Source: Macrostomum lignano
Taxonomy: Eukaryota
Assembly: GCA_002269645.1 (NCBI GenBank)
Contig: NIVC01004781.1
Location: 1 to 35,102, forward strand
DNA: 35,102 nucleotides
Direction: 5' to 3'
The notes beneath the pieces are model-generated. The model was not told the DNA's origin. It was given only the letters and a program-made list of their open reading frames with translations, and searched no databases. Made by a program: the position numbers and the translations under genes. Positions 12,054-22,089 of the stretch are shown here, piece by piece. Positions within the stretch are counted from its first letter, which is position 1. Every line of letters starts with the position of its first letter.

Positions 12054-12257
12054 TCACAGTGTTAGCCTGGCATCGTCAGACACCAGCACAGCGGCAGGCC
12101 CCAGTCTCCTGTTGCATTTGTCCAGCTCGCGCAGCACCCGATCCAGCCGCCTGTCCAGAGCCGCGGAGTGCTCGAGCGTCAGGAGCGGCCCGCTCGACGG
12201 CAGGCTGGAGGCGCCAGACCGGCACAGGGCGGCCTGGGTGGCGGCGCCGAGCAGACC
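12054..12257 (-). CDS. FAM20B: FAM20B-like terminal exon 5
   Basis: Phase-0 cccAG acceptor. Reads GLLGAATQAALC...LLTLEHSAALDRRLDRVLRELDKCNRRLGPAAVLVSDDARLTL*, matching the FAM20 C-terminal pattern H..A.D.RL..V...C. Not in the ORF track. Confidence 0.9.
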   Translation of the reverse strand, partial: GLLGAATQAALCRSGASSLPSSGPLLTLEHSAALDRRLDRVLRELDKCNRRLGPAAVLVSDDARLTL

Positions 12258-12297
12258 CTGGGATTGGATGGTGGGGGAGTTAGAGTGGACACATTAG

Positions 12298-13035
12298 TAG
12301 TCTACCTGTCCATTAGACTGGATAATCTACCTGTCCATTAGACTGGATAATCTACCTGTCCGTTAGACTGGATAATCTTCCTGTCCATTAGACTGGATAA
12401 TTTACCTGTCCACTACTAGACTGGATAATCTACCTGTCCATTAGACTGGATAATCTACCTGTCCATTAGACTGGATAATCTACCTGTCCATTAGACTGGA
12501 TAATCTACCTGTCCATTAGACTGGATAATCTACCTGTCCGTTAGACTGGATAATCTTCCTGTCCATTAGACTGGATAATTTACCTGTCCACTACTAGACT
12601 GGATAATCTACGTGTCCACTACTAGACTGGATAATCTACCTGTCCATTAGACTGGATAATCTACGTGTCCACTACTAGACTGGATAATCTACGTGTCCAC
12701 TACTAGACTGGATAATCTACGTGTCCACTAGAGACTGGATAATCTACCTGTCCACTACTAGACTGGATAATCTACCTGTCCATTAGACTGGATAATCTAC
12801 CTGTCCATTAGACTGGATAATCTACCTGTCCATTAGACTGGATAATCTACCTGTCCACTACAGAATGGATAATCTACCTGTCCACTACTAGACTGGATAA
12901 TGTACCTGTCCACTACAGACTGGATAATCTACCTGTCAACTACTAGACTGCCAGACTGAATAATCTACCTGTCCACTACAGACTGGATAATCTACCTGAC
13001 CACTAGACTGGATGGATAATCCACCTGTCCATCAG
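12298..13035. repeat. 25-28-bp minisatellite CTGGATAATCTACCTGTCCA(TT/CTACT)AGA, FAM20B intron 4
   Basis: Tandem units fill nearly the whole intron. Confidence 0.97.
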
Positions 13036-13112
13036 TCAATGCAGTTCCAAATCAAGCACTCATCTCACACCCAAGCCCACGTGGATTAAATTCCTCATTT
13101 CCCAAGTCTCAC

Positions 13113-13449
13113 CTGCAGCGCCAGCAACCTGCTATTGGTGCTGGTCCGCAGCCTACAGCACTGCTGCAGAGGCGCCAGAATGCTGAGCTCATCGTGATAC
13201 GGATTCCCCAAGCCTTTGCCATTGTCCAGCGTGACAACCAGCTGCTGTCCACCAATACCGGCCGCTGTCTCAAACTCGTGCCTATCAGCGTTGCCCAATA
13301 GAAAGTCTAATATCGAGGTGTCAATCAGATCAAGCAGAACGCCAGGACCCAACCGACTTAATAGCTGTGAATTGCAGGGATTCTCGCCCAGTTGCCAAGC
13401 CGCCTTGGCATCGTTCGAGGCGTAGTTCCTGGCCCAGGGGTGCCTGTGC
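13113..13449 (-). CDS. FAM20B: FAM20B-like exon 4 (catalytic segment)
   Basis: HRHPWARNY...LLDLIDTSILDFLLGNADRHEFE...LDNGKGLGNPYHDELSILAPLQQCC keeps the DRH catalytic Asp and the DN metal-binding Asp. tttccAG and GTGAGA boundaries are phase-consistent. Confidence 0.96.
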
Positions 13450-13539
13450 CTGGAAATCACGTGTTCGGGTCGGGATTGTTTGTACTTTTTTTAGTACCGT
13501 ACTTTAAAGTTGCGACAGTTAAAGTTCGCGTCATCTCCC

Positions 13540-14470
13540 TACGGACATTTGGCGCCATCGCCCTCCACAGACATTTGGCGCCATTGCCCTCCCCCCAGAT
13601 ATTTGGCGCCATAGCCTCCCTCCAGATATTTGGCGCCATAGCCTCCCTCCAGATATTTTGCGCCATAGCCTCCCTCCAGATATTTTGCGCCATCGCCCAT
13701 CCCAAGACATTTGGCGCCATTTCCCCCTCAAGACATTTGCCGCCAACTCCCCCAAAGATTTGGCGCCATAGCCCCCTCCAGATATTTGGCGCCATCGCCC
13801 ATCCCAAGACATTTGGCGCCATTTCCCCCTCAAGACATTTGCCGCCAACTCCCCCAAAGATTTGGCGCCATAGCCCCCTCCAGATATTTGGCGCCATCGC
13901 CCATCCCAAGACATTTGGCGCCATTTCCCCCTCAAGACATTTGCCGCCAACTCCAAAGATTTGGCGCCATAGCCTCCCTCCAGATATTTGGCGCCATTTT
14001 CCCCCTCAAGACATTGCCGCCAATTCCCCCAAAGATTTGGCGCCATCGCCCATCCCAAGACATTTGGCGCCATTTCCCCTCAAGACATTTGCCGCCAACT
14101 CCCCCTAAGATTTGGCGCCATCGCCCCCTCCAGATATTTGGCGCCATCGCCCATCCCAAGACATTTGGCGCCATTTCCCCCTCAAGACATTTGCCGCCAA
14201 CTCCCCCAGATATTTGGCGCCATCGCCCCCCTCCAGATATTTGGCGCCATCGCCCATCCCAAGACATTTGGCGCCATTTCCCCTCAAGACATTTGCCGCC
14301 AACTCCCCCTAAGATTTGGCGCCATCGCCCCCCTCCAGATATTTGGCGCCATTTCCCCCTCAAGACATTTGCCGCCAACTCCCCAAAGATCGTCGATTTG
14401 GCGTCATTGCCCCACCCCAAAAGTTTGGCGCCATCACCCCCAGACCAGATTCAAGAAATTTGGCGCCACC
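13540..14470. repeat. Composite TTTGGCGCCA-core minisatellite (23-27 bp subunits, ~100 bp higher-order unit), intron 3
   Basis: Recurring subunits such as ATTTGGCGCCATCGCCCATCCCAAGAC and ATTTGCCGCCAACTCCCCCAAAG. Confidence 0.95.
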
Positions 14471-14473
14471 AAC

Positions 14474-14752
14474 CTTTTCAGAGCCAGTCGATGCGGCAGC
14501 ATCAGAACGGCGACGCCTTCAAGAACTTCGTCAGGGCCGGCGCAGACCCCGGTGCGTCGGCCAGTGCAGTAGCGACAGACGCCCCACAGACAGAGCCGGT
14601 TGTCGCTCAGGCGACGATAGAAAGTCTCTCTGAGGCGAGGCGTGGCCGCCAGCGACGCTGCGGTCAGGTTTAGCAGCCGAGGCGACGCCACGGGACCGCG
14701 GTGGAAGCCCAGAAGGCGGCCAAGGTGGTAGCCAACGACCTCGGCATTGTCT
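14474..14752 (-). CDS. FAM20B: FAM20B-like exon 3
   Basis: (R)DNAEVVGYHLGRLLGF...CLWGVCRYC...VCAGPDEVLEGVAVLMLP matches FAM20B HNAEVAAFHLDRILGF...CFYGKCYYC. Phase 2 at both ends; GTTGGT donor. Confidence 0.93.
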
Positions 14753-14779
14753 CTGCAGGGGGGCGGGCGGGCTTTGAGG

Positions 14780-15490
14780 GTGACCTGACGATCCTGAACG
14801 TAACCTGACAATCCTGAGGGCAACCTGAAGATTCTGAGGGTAAACTGAAGATCCTGAGGGCAACCTGAAGATCCTGAGGGTAAACTGAAGATCCTGAGGG
14901 CAACCTGAAGATCCTGAGGGTAAACTGAAGATCCTGAGGGTAAACTGAAGATCCTGAGGGTAACCTGACGATCCTGAAGGGTAACCTGACAATATTGAGG
15001 GTAACCTGACAATTCTGAGGGTAATCTGACAGTTCTGAGGGTAACCTGAAAATTATGGGGTAACCTGACAATATTGAGGGTAACCTGACAATTCTGAGGG
15101 TAATCTGACAGTTCTGAGGGTAACCTGACAATTCTGAGGGTAACCTGACAATTCTGAGGGTAATCTGACAGTTCTGAGGGTAACCTGACAATTCTGAGGT
15201 AACCTGACAATTCTGAGGGTAACCTGACAATTCTGAGGGTAACCTGACAATTCTGAGGGTAACCTGACAATTCTGAGGGTAACCTGACAATTCTGAGGGT
15301 AACCTGACAGTTCTGAGGGTAACCTGACAATTCTGAGGGTAACCTGACAATTCTGAGGTAACCTGACAATTCTGAGGTAACCTGACAATTCTGAGGGTAA
15401 CCTGACAATTCTGAGAGTAACCTGACAATTCTGAGGGTAACCTGACAATTCTGAGGGTAACCTGACAGTTCTGAGGGTAACCTGACGATT
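14780..15490. repeat. 20-bp minisatellite GAGGGTAACCTGACAATTCT, intron 2
   Basis: About 35 tandem units. Confidence 0.97.
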
Positions 15491-15679
15491 TTAATGGAAT
15501 CTGAGTGTCATATGTGAGTCTAAGAAGTCAGCAGGGTGTCTAGACCTCAAAAACAACTAAGAATCCAAAGACTTTTAGGACACAAACATTGCTTAGAATT
15601 CAATAAGGTGTCAGATCTCAACCCAAGCTCAAGACAATGATGATGCCAGCTCTAGAAAAAGCACCCCTTTATCACGCAC

Positions 15680-15930
15680 CTGTCCCTGCCGGCCACAACG
15701 CTCCCAGTCATCACCCGATCGCGGTCGTAGACGCGTGGCTTAAAAACCACAGATGCGCCACCGGTTCCAGCATCCAGTTGGAGTAGCAGCTTCATCTGAC
15801 TGCCAGCTGGAAACTCTGAGACCAACGAGACGGCAGCTTGGCCTGTCAGCCGTTCCAGCTGAGATAGAATTCGCTGACTGGCGTTGCTAGGCAACAAGCG
15901 ACGCTCTTTGTTGTTAGCGGCGAACGAACT
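15680..15930 (-). CDS. FAM20B: FAM20B-like exon 2
   Basis: Phase-0 ttttcccAG acceptor. AGSQMKLLLQLD...VVFKPRVYDRDRVMTGSVVAGRDR matches GTQLK...VVFKPKRYSRDHVVEG..YAGYDR, the FAM20B-specific pattern. Confidence 0.93.
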
Positions 15931-15979
15931 CTGGGAAAATTGGGGTGTTCCAGTTTATGGGTGAGACTACTGTAGCTTA

Positions 15980-17110
15980 ATTAAGTGGCGCCAAGGAGAG
16001 TCTTCTAGTGGCGCCAATTTGAGTCTTCTAGTGGCGCCAAGTTGAGTCCTCTAGTGGCGCCAAGGTGAGTCCTATAGTGGCGCTAAGTTGGGTCTTATAG
16101 TGACGCCAAAGTTTCTTAAAGTGGCGTCAAGTTGAGTCTTATAGTGGCGCCAAAGTTTCTTATAGTGGCGCCAAGTTGAGTCATCTAATGGCGCCAAAGT
16201 TTCTTAAAGTGGCGCTAAGTTGAGTATTCTAGTGGCGCCAAGGTGAGTCCTATAGTGGCGATAAGGTAGGTCTTACAGTGGCGCCAAGTTGTGTCTTATA
16301 TTGGCGCCAAAGTTTCTTTAAGTGGCGCTAAGGTGAGCCTTATAGTGACGCCAAGTTGAGTCTTCTAGTCGCGCTAAGGTGGGTCTTATAGTGGCGCCAA
16401 GTTGTGTCTTATAGTGGCGCCAAAGTTTCTTAAAGTGGCGCCAATGTGAGTCTTATAGTGGCGCCAAGGTGGGTCTTATAGTGGCGCCAAGTTGAGTCAT
16501 CTAGTGGCGCCAAAGTTTCCTAAAGTGGCGCTAAGTTGAGTCTTCTAGTGGCGCCAAGGTGAGTCCTATAGTGGCGCTAAGGTAGGTCTTACAGTGGCGC
16601 CAAGTTGTGTCTTATAGTGACGCCAAAGTTTCCTAAAGTGGCGCCAAGTTGAGTCATCAAATGGCGCCAAAGTTTCTTAAAGTGGCGCTAAGTTGAGTAT
16701 TCTAGTGGCGCCAAGGTGAGTCCTATAGTGGCGATAAGGTAGGTCTTACAGTGGCGCCAAGTTGTGTCTTATATTGGCGCCAAAGTTTCTTTAAGTGGCG
16801 CTAAGGTGAGCCTTATAGTGACGCCAAGTTGAGTCTTCTAGTGGCGCCAAGGTGGGTCTTATAGTGGCGCCAAAGTTTCTTAGTGGCGCCAAGGTGAGTC
16901 TTATAGTGGCGCCAAGGTGGGTCTTATAGTGGCGCCAAAGTTTCTTAAAGTGGCGCTAAGTTGAGTCTTCTAGTGGCGCCAAGGTGAGTCCTATAGTGGC
17001 GCTAAGGTAGGTCTTACAGTGGCGCCAAGTTGTGTCTTATAGTGGCGCCAAAGTTTCTTTAAGTGGCGCCAAGGTGGGTCTTCAAGTGGCACTAAAGTGT
17101 CTTATAGTGG
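15980..17110. repeat. ~23-bp minisatellite TAGTGGCGCCAAG(T/G)TGAGTCTT(C/A) with ~473 bp higher-order duplication, intron 1
   Basis: Variant block starting GCGATAAGG at 16258 recurs at 16731. Confidence 0.95.
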
Positions 17111-17224
17111 CGTCCAGGTGAGACTTACGGAGGGTTGAATTATGATAGGAACCATTTCTTTGAAAAATCCTTGAAGGCCGACCAATTAGGCGTCCTAATT
17201 TAGTCGTCATTGCAGTCAATATAG

Positions 17225-17600
17225 ATAGGCGCTCTGATGTGCCAGCGGCCCAGGCTCGATTCCAATTTGCAGTCACATTAATTTGGGTCTAAATTGGAAT
17301 CTCGGCTTGGCTCTGCTCGTGCAATTAACGACTAGTTTGAGGGCCAACCCCCAAGACACAGTGAAGTGTACATGCCTAACGATAAATAAAGTTAAAGCCT
17401 CTGTACACTTCTGTGTGAGTGTGTGCCTGTGCGTATGACTGCGTACGTATCTGCGCGCTTGTGTGCCTGCTCAGGGGAGTCGGCGGAATGGGCAGTAATG
17501 CCTCTCGCTGGTTGTGTGACAATGTCGCTTATTAAAGTGCACCAGGGTGCGCTCATACACACGCTCATACAGCATGTACAGCAGCCCAAACTTTCTAATC
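17225..17600 (+). mobile_element. tRNA-derived SINE-like repeat, copy 2 (inverted relative to copies 1 and 3)
   Basis: GGCGCTCTGATGTGCCAGCGGCCCAGGCTCGATTCC head, with a body collinear with the reverse complement of copy 1. Confidence 0.78.
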
Positions 17601-17646
17601 GTCAGGCAAGAGTCAGACTCATTTACCATGCAAAGTGAGACCTCAC

Positions 17647-18099
17647 CATAGCAACATAGCTATCGTGCAGTCCAGCCTCCAGAGCAAATCCTTTATTAAA
17701 GTTACTACTATTAGTAGTAGTAGCGTAGAGCTCCGCAGGCGGCCAGCCGGCATCCAGCAGATCCCGGATGCGCAGCTCCTGGTCGCTGTTAGCCGGCCGG
17801 AAATCCGGCAGCCCCTCGTGGCCCCGGTGCTCATACAACCGATTGGACTGCAGTCGCCAAGCAATATGAGCAGACTGGCCTAGACTATGCGATTCGCGAT
17901 CGTGCTTAGCAACTAAACTGGCGTCGTTAGCAACCGAGGCGGGCAGTTGACTCAAGTTGAGCACAGTCAGACAGGCGAAGACCAATAGCGCGGCCAATGC
18001 GTAAGCCAATAAGCGGCGATTGAAGCCGGAGATGCGGCGTCTCGGAGGCTGGAGATGTCGAAGATGACAGATAACTGTTTGAGGAAACCGAGCTCCAAG
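17647..18099 (-). CDS. FAM20B: FAM20B-like exon 1: basic tail, signal anchor and stem; no in-frame ATG upstream of the anchor
   Basis: Open frame from phase-0 acceptors at 18099 (ttttacAG) or 18048 (catctccAG): PPRRRISGFNRRLLAYALAALLVFACLTVLNL... Phase-0 GTGAGG donor at 17646 fits exon 2. Confidence 0.8.
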
Positions 18100-18216
18100 C
18101 TGTAAAATCTAAGAGCTACTTTAACCTAGAAAAGTAAACTAGAGTAGTTTTTTACGAGCGTAATTAATTTATCAGGTGGCTACAATGGACACAATGGATG
18201 GTAAGACTTAACCACC

Positions 18217-19038
18217 AATTTGGTGCCTCAGACAGGATTGAAGCGTCAATTTGGCGCCTCAGACAGGATTGAAGCGTCAATTTGGTGCATCAGACAGAAT
18301 TTAAGCGTCAATTTGGCGCCTCAGACAGGATTGAAGCGTCAATTTGGCGCCTCAGACAGGATTGAAGCGTCAATTTGGTGCATCAGACAGAATTTAAGCG
18401 TCAATTTGGCGCCTCAGACAGGATTGAAGCGTCAATTTGGCGCCTCAGACAGGATTAAAGCGTCAATTTGGTGCATCAGACAGAATTTAAGCGTCAATTT
18501 GGCGCCTCAGACAGGATTGAAGCGTCAATTTGGCGCCTCAGACAGGATTGAAGCGTCAATTTGGTGCATCAGACAGAATTTAAGCGTCAATTTGGCGCCT
18601 CAGACAGGATTGAAGCGTCAATTTGGCGCCTCAGACAGGATTGAAGCGTCAATTTGGTGCATCAGACAGAATTTAAGCGTCAATTTGGCGCCTCAGACAG
18701 GATTTAAGCGCCTATGTGGCGCCTCAGACAGGATTGAAGCGCCTATTTGGTGCCTCAGACAGGACTTTAGGCGCCGATTTGGCGCCTCAGACAGGATTTA
18801 AGCGCCTATTTGGTGCCTGAGACAGAATTTAAGCGCCTATTTGGTGCCTGAGACAGGATTTAAGCGCTAATTTGGCGCCTCAGACAGGACTTTAAGCGCC
18901 AATTTGGCGCCTCAGACAGGATTTAAGCGCCTATTTGGTGCCTGAGACAGAATTGAAGCGCCTATTTGGTGCCTGAGACAGAATTGAAGCGCCTATTTGG
19001 TGCCTGAGACAGGATTTAAGCGCCTATTTGGCGCCTCA
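18217..19038. repeat. 31-bp minisatellite TTTGGCGCCTCAGACAGGATTGAAGCGTCAA with 93-bp trimeric higher-order unit
   Basis: Every third unit is the variant GGTGCATCAGACAGAATTTAAG over 18220-18700. Confidence 0.97.
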
Positions 19039-19784
19039 TGTGAGATTTTAAGTGCCAAATCATTTTTCTCTGAGAACATGATCTTTCATTTTTAATAAAC
19101 AGCTACGAGGGGGCCAGAAGACCTTATTGACCTCCTCTGGATAGCTCCCTTTTGCCATTACAAAGAATGGCACAAAGATTTCGAGATAGGAAAAAAGCTT
19201 GACTTAGTCATTTGAAGGTCAACTACTTGCTTAAAGTTTGACATAACTAACCGATGCCAATTTAGCTTAACTTGCAGGTGCTAAGGGGGCGGCTAATACG
19301 CTTCTGACCCACTAAACAATAACCATTCTTTAGTGTTACATAGTTCAGAGCTAAGTATAAACAATTCAATTTTAGAAGTTATTAAAACTACCAACAAATT
19401 GGCGGCTAGTGGGCTGGTGATGATAACAGAAAAACAAACAAGGAAATCTTTCGACAAGCACTCGACATTCCCAATGTCATCGCCCACGGTTGCTAACCCG
19501 GTTGTGCTTGGATATTATCGGAATAGAAATCTAAACAAATCACTTGATTATAGAAACTGCCACTTTGCCTAATAACATTTGACACTCCAACCTGCACCTT
19601 CCCTATATTCTAGACCTAGACAGAGAGTGAATGGGAGGGGTGTAGGATTCAGGGTATATCTGATGGTTAATCAGACATTGCATCTGTCATCATAGCCTAT
19701 AGCCTACATCAAGACATCCGGGAAGTTCTTGCGCTTACGAATTATAATTCAGACATAGGCCTATCTGTAATATCTGCTTATGTT

Positions 19785-20085
19785 CAAGCGACATTGTCAC
19801 ACAACCGGCGAGAGGCATTCCTCCCCACTCTGCCGACTCCCCTGAGCAGGCACACAAGCGCGCGGATACGTACGCAGTCATAGGCACAGGCACACACTCA
19901 CACAGGAGTGTACAGCGGTCCTAACTTTAATTATCGTTAGGCATGTACACTTCACTGCGCCTTGGGGGTTGGCCCTCAAGACTGTTAATTGCACGAGAAG
20001 AGCCAAGCCGAGATTCCAATTCAGCCCCAGATTAATGTGACTGCACTTGGAATCGAGCCTGGGATGCTGGCACATCAGAGACTAC
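19785..20085 (-). mobile_element. tRNA-derived SINE-like repeat, copy 3 (truncated)
   Basis: ACAACCGGCGAGAGGCATT...GGAATCGAGCCTGGG is nearly identical to 10033-10300. Confidence 0.8.
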
Positions 20086-20504
20086 GCCCCCATCGACATG
20101 TCTACCCTAACCTAGACACACACTATTGATACAAACAACCCAGCTGAAATTTCATGCTCTGAATGTTCAACTAGAAATCAGATACTTACAATAAATACAT
20201 CTAAATAAGGAGCTGTTGCGAAGCCTAAAAATGACTAATAATTAAAATTGTAAAACAAAGACAAGAAAAAAGTCAGACTGCTATGCAATAATTAGTTTTT
20301 TTGTTTCCAAAATTTTGCTTAACACACGAGCCAGAGCCATTGAGTTGTTGGTTTTCTTTTATTTGGAGTTGTTGGAGAACAACGAACCAGAAAAAAAGGA
20401 TTTATGGAATTGTTATTTAGAATGGGCTCCTTCAGACTTATTGCACAAGGTCAGATCACGTAGCTCTTGTCCTCCATAGTTAGCTGATCCGGTTAGCCCA
20501 GCCT

Positions 20505-21056
20505 TCAGAACACCATAGCATGCGGCCGCTGCCCAGACTTGATGCTGAACAAAGATCGCAGATAAGAGCGCAGCATCGGGCCATCACCGCTGGCCTTGAT
20601 CGCGCCCATCAGCGCCTTGTCAACGGCTGCCTGATCTTCCCGACGCTCAGCCGACACAGCGTAGGCGGCGTCCGACTTTGCGAAGATGTCGGCGCTGCCG
20701 CCAGCCGAGGCGGCCGACTTCTTAGCCGAACGCTGGCGACGGAAATAGGCGTCGTTAAGTCGCTCGGGCAGAGCGACCTTGCTGATGTCGATGCGAGTTT
20801 TAGTGCCGATTACGTAGCGTTGACTGACGCGGCGGAGAGGGCAGCCGTTAAGCTTGCGGGGTCCCGTGACCAGCAGCAGGCCGCTCTCGAGCTGCTTGAG
20901 CAGCACAACGCGCTTGCCCTTGTGCCGGCCAGCTAGCAGGATTAGGACGGCGCCAGGCGCCAGGTTGGAGCGAATACGGCGCACGTGTTTCTTGAAGGTC
21001 TTCTTCGGGCGTAGCTGAACCTTGCGGCTGGCCACCTGAGTGGGCAGCGACTTCGG
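20505..21056 (-). CDS. RPL6: 60S ribosomal protein L6 (eL6), last exon
   Basis: PGAVLILLAGRHKGKRVVLLKQLESGLLLVTGP..LNGCPLRRVSQRYVIGTKTRIDIS is the L6e KOW-domain signature. Phase-0 tttgcAG acceptor. Confidence 0.98.
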   Translation of the reverse strand, partial: PKSLPTQVASRKVQLRPKKTFKKHVRRIRSNLAPGAVLILLAGRHKGKRVVLLKQLESGLLLVTGPRKLNGCPLRRVSQRYVIGTKTRIDISKVALPERLNDAYFRRQRSAKKSAASAGGSADIFAKSDAAYAVSAERREDQAAVDKALMGAIKASGDGPMLRSYLRSLFSIKSGQRPHAMVF

Positions 21057-21069
21057 CTGCAAATCAGTG

Positions 21070-21755
21070 GGGACGACAGGATTAGTGTTTGGGGTGAGAG
21101 GATTAGTGTTTGGGGTGAGAGGATTAGTGTTTGGGGTGAGAGGATTAGTCTTTGGGGTGAGAGGATTAGTGTTTGGGGTAACAGGATTAGTGCTTGGGTT
21201 AGAGGATTACTGTTTGGGGTGAGAGGATTAGTCTTTGGTGTAACAGGATTAGTGTTTAAATGACAGGATTAGTTTTTGGGGTGAGAGGATTAGTGTTTGG
21301 GGTGAGAGGATTAGTGTTTGGGGTGGCAGGATTAGTCTTTGGGGTAACAGGATTAGTGTTTAAATGACAGGATTAGTTTTTGGGGTGAGAGGATTAGTGT
21401 TTGAGGTGAGAGGATTACTGTTTGGGGTGAGAGGATTAGTCTTTGGTGTAACAGGATTAGTGTTTAAATGACAGGATTAGTTTTTGGGGTGAGAGGATTA
21501 GTGTTTGGGGTGAGAGGATTAGTCTTTGGTGTAACAGGATTAGTGTTTAAATGACAGGATTAGTTTTTGGGGTGAGAGGATTAGTGTTTGAGGTGAGAGG
21601 ATTACTGTTTGGGGTGAGAGGATTAGTCTTTGGGGTAACAGGATTAGTGTTTAAATGACAGGATTAGTTTTTGGGGTGAGAGGATTAGAGTCTGGGGCGA
21701 GAGGATTAGTGTTTGGGGTGAGAGGATTAGAGTCTGGGGTGACAGAATTAGTCTT
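21070..21755. repeat. 21-bp minisatellite TTTGGGGTGAGAGGATTAGTG filling the RPL6 intron
   Basis: About 30 tandem units. Confidence 0.96.
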
Positions 21756-21861
21756 TAAGGGGACAAGCAGGGTGCCTGGCTTACGAGTAGAGGGCTTAGG
21801 GTTGCTAAAAACTCTCATACTTCCCACTGCAGCCTGCAGTTCACACATACAAAGCACTCAC

Positions 21862-22089
21862 CGTCTTCTTGTACACCTTCCTCTCTCCGCCATTCTTATC
21901 GCCGCCAATTTTCTTAACAACAAAAGCGGCGGCGGCGGCTTTCTCGGCCGATTTCTTGGCCGGAGTCTTAACCTTCTTAACCTTGTACGCGGCCTTGCGT
22001 TGGAAAATTCTGGCCCGAGAATATTTCATCAGCCTACTGGCGTTAATAGCCGAGTTCTTGGGCTTGTGGGGAGCGCTGCTCTTGGCCAT
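21862..22089 (-). CDS. RPL6: RPL6 first coding exon
   Basis: tgcAG|CAA ATG GCC. MAKSSAPHKPKNS...KYSRARIFQRKAAYK...VVKKIGGDKNGGERKV is the L6e N-terminus. Phase-0 GTGAGT donor at 21861. Confidence 0.96.

Noticed and set aside
11530-15448. Long repetitive ORFs (11530-12297, 13392-14673, 14434-15428, etc.)
   Set aside because: Stop-free minisatellite frames; only the embedded FAM20B exons are coding.
12298-19038. CRISPR-like regular repeats
   Set aside because: Units are directly adjacent with no unique spacers, there are no cas genes, and the context is eukaryotic.
21057-21861. snoRNA in the ribosomal-protein intron
   Set aside because: The intron is almost entirely minisatellite; no C/D or H/ACA architecture seen.
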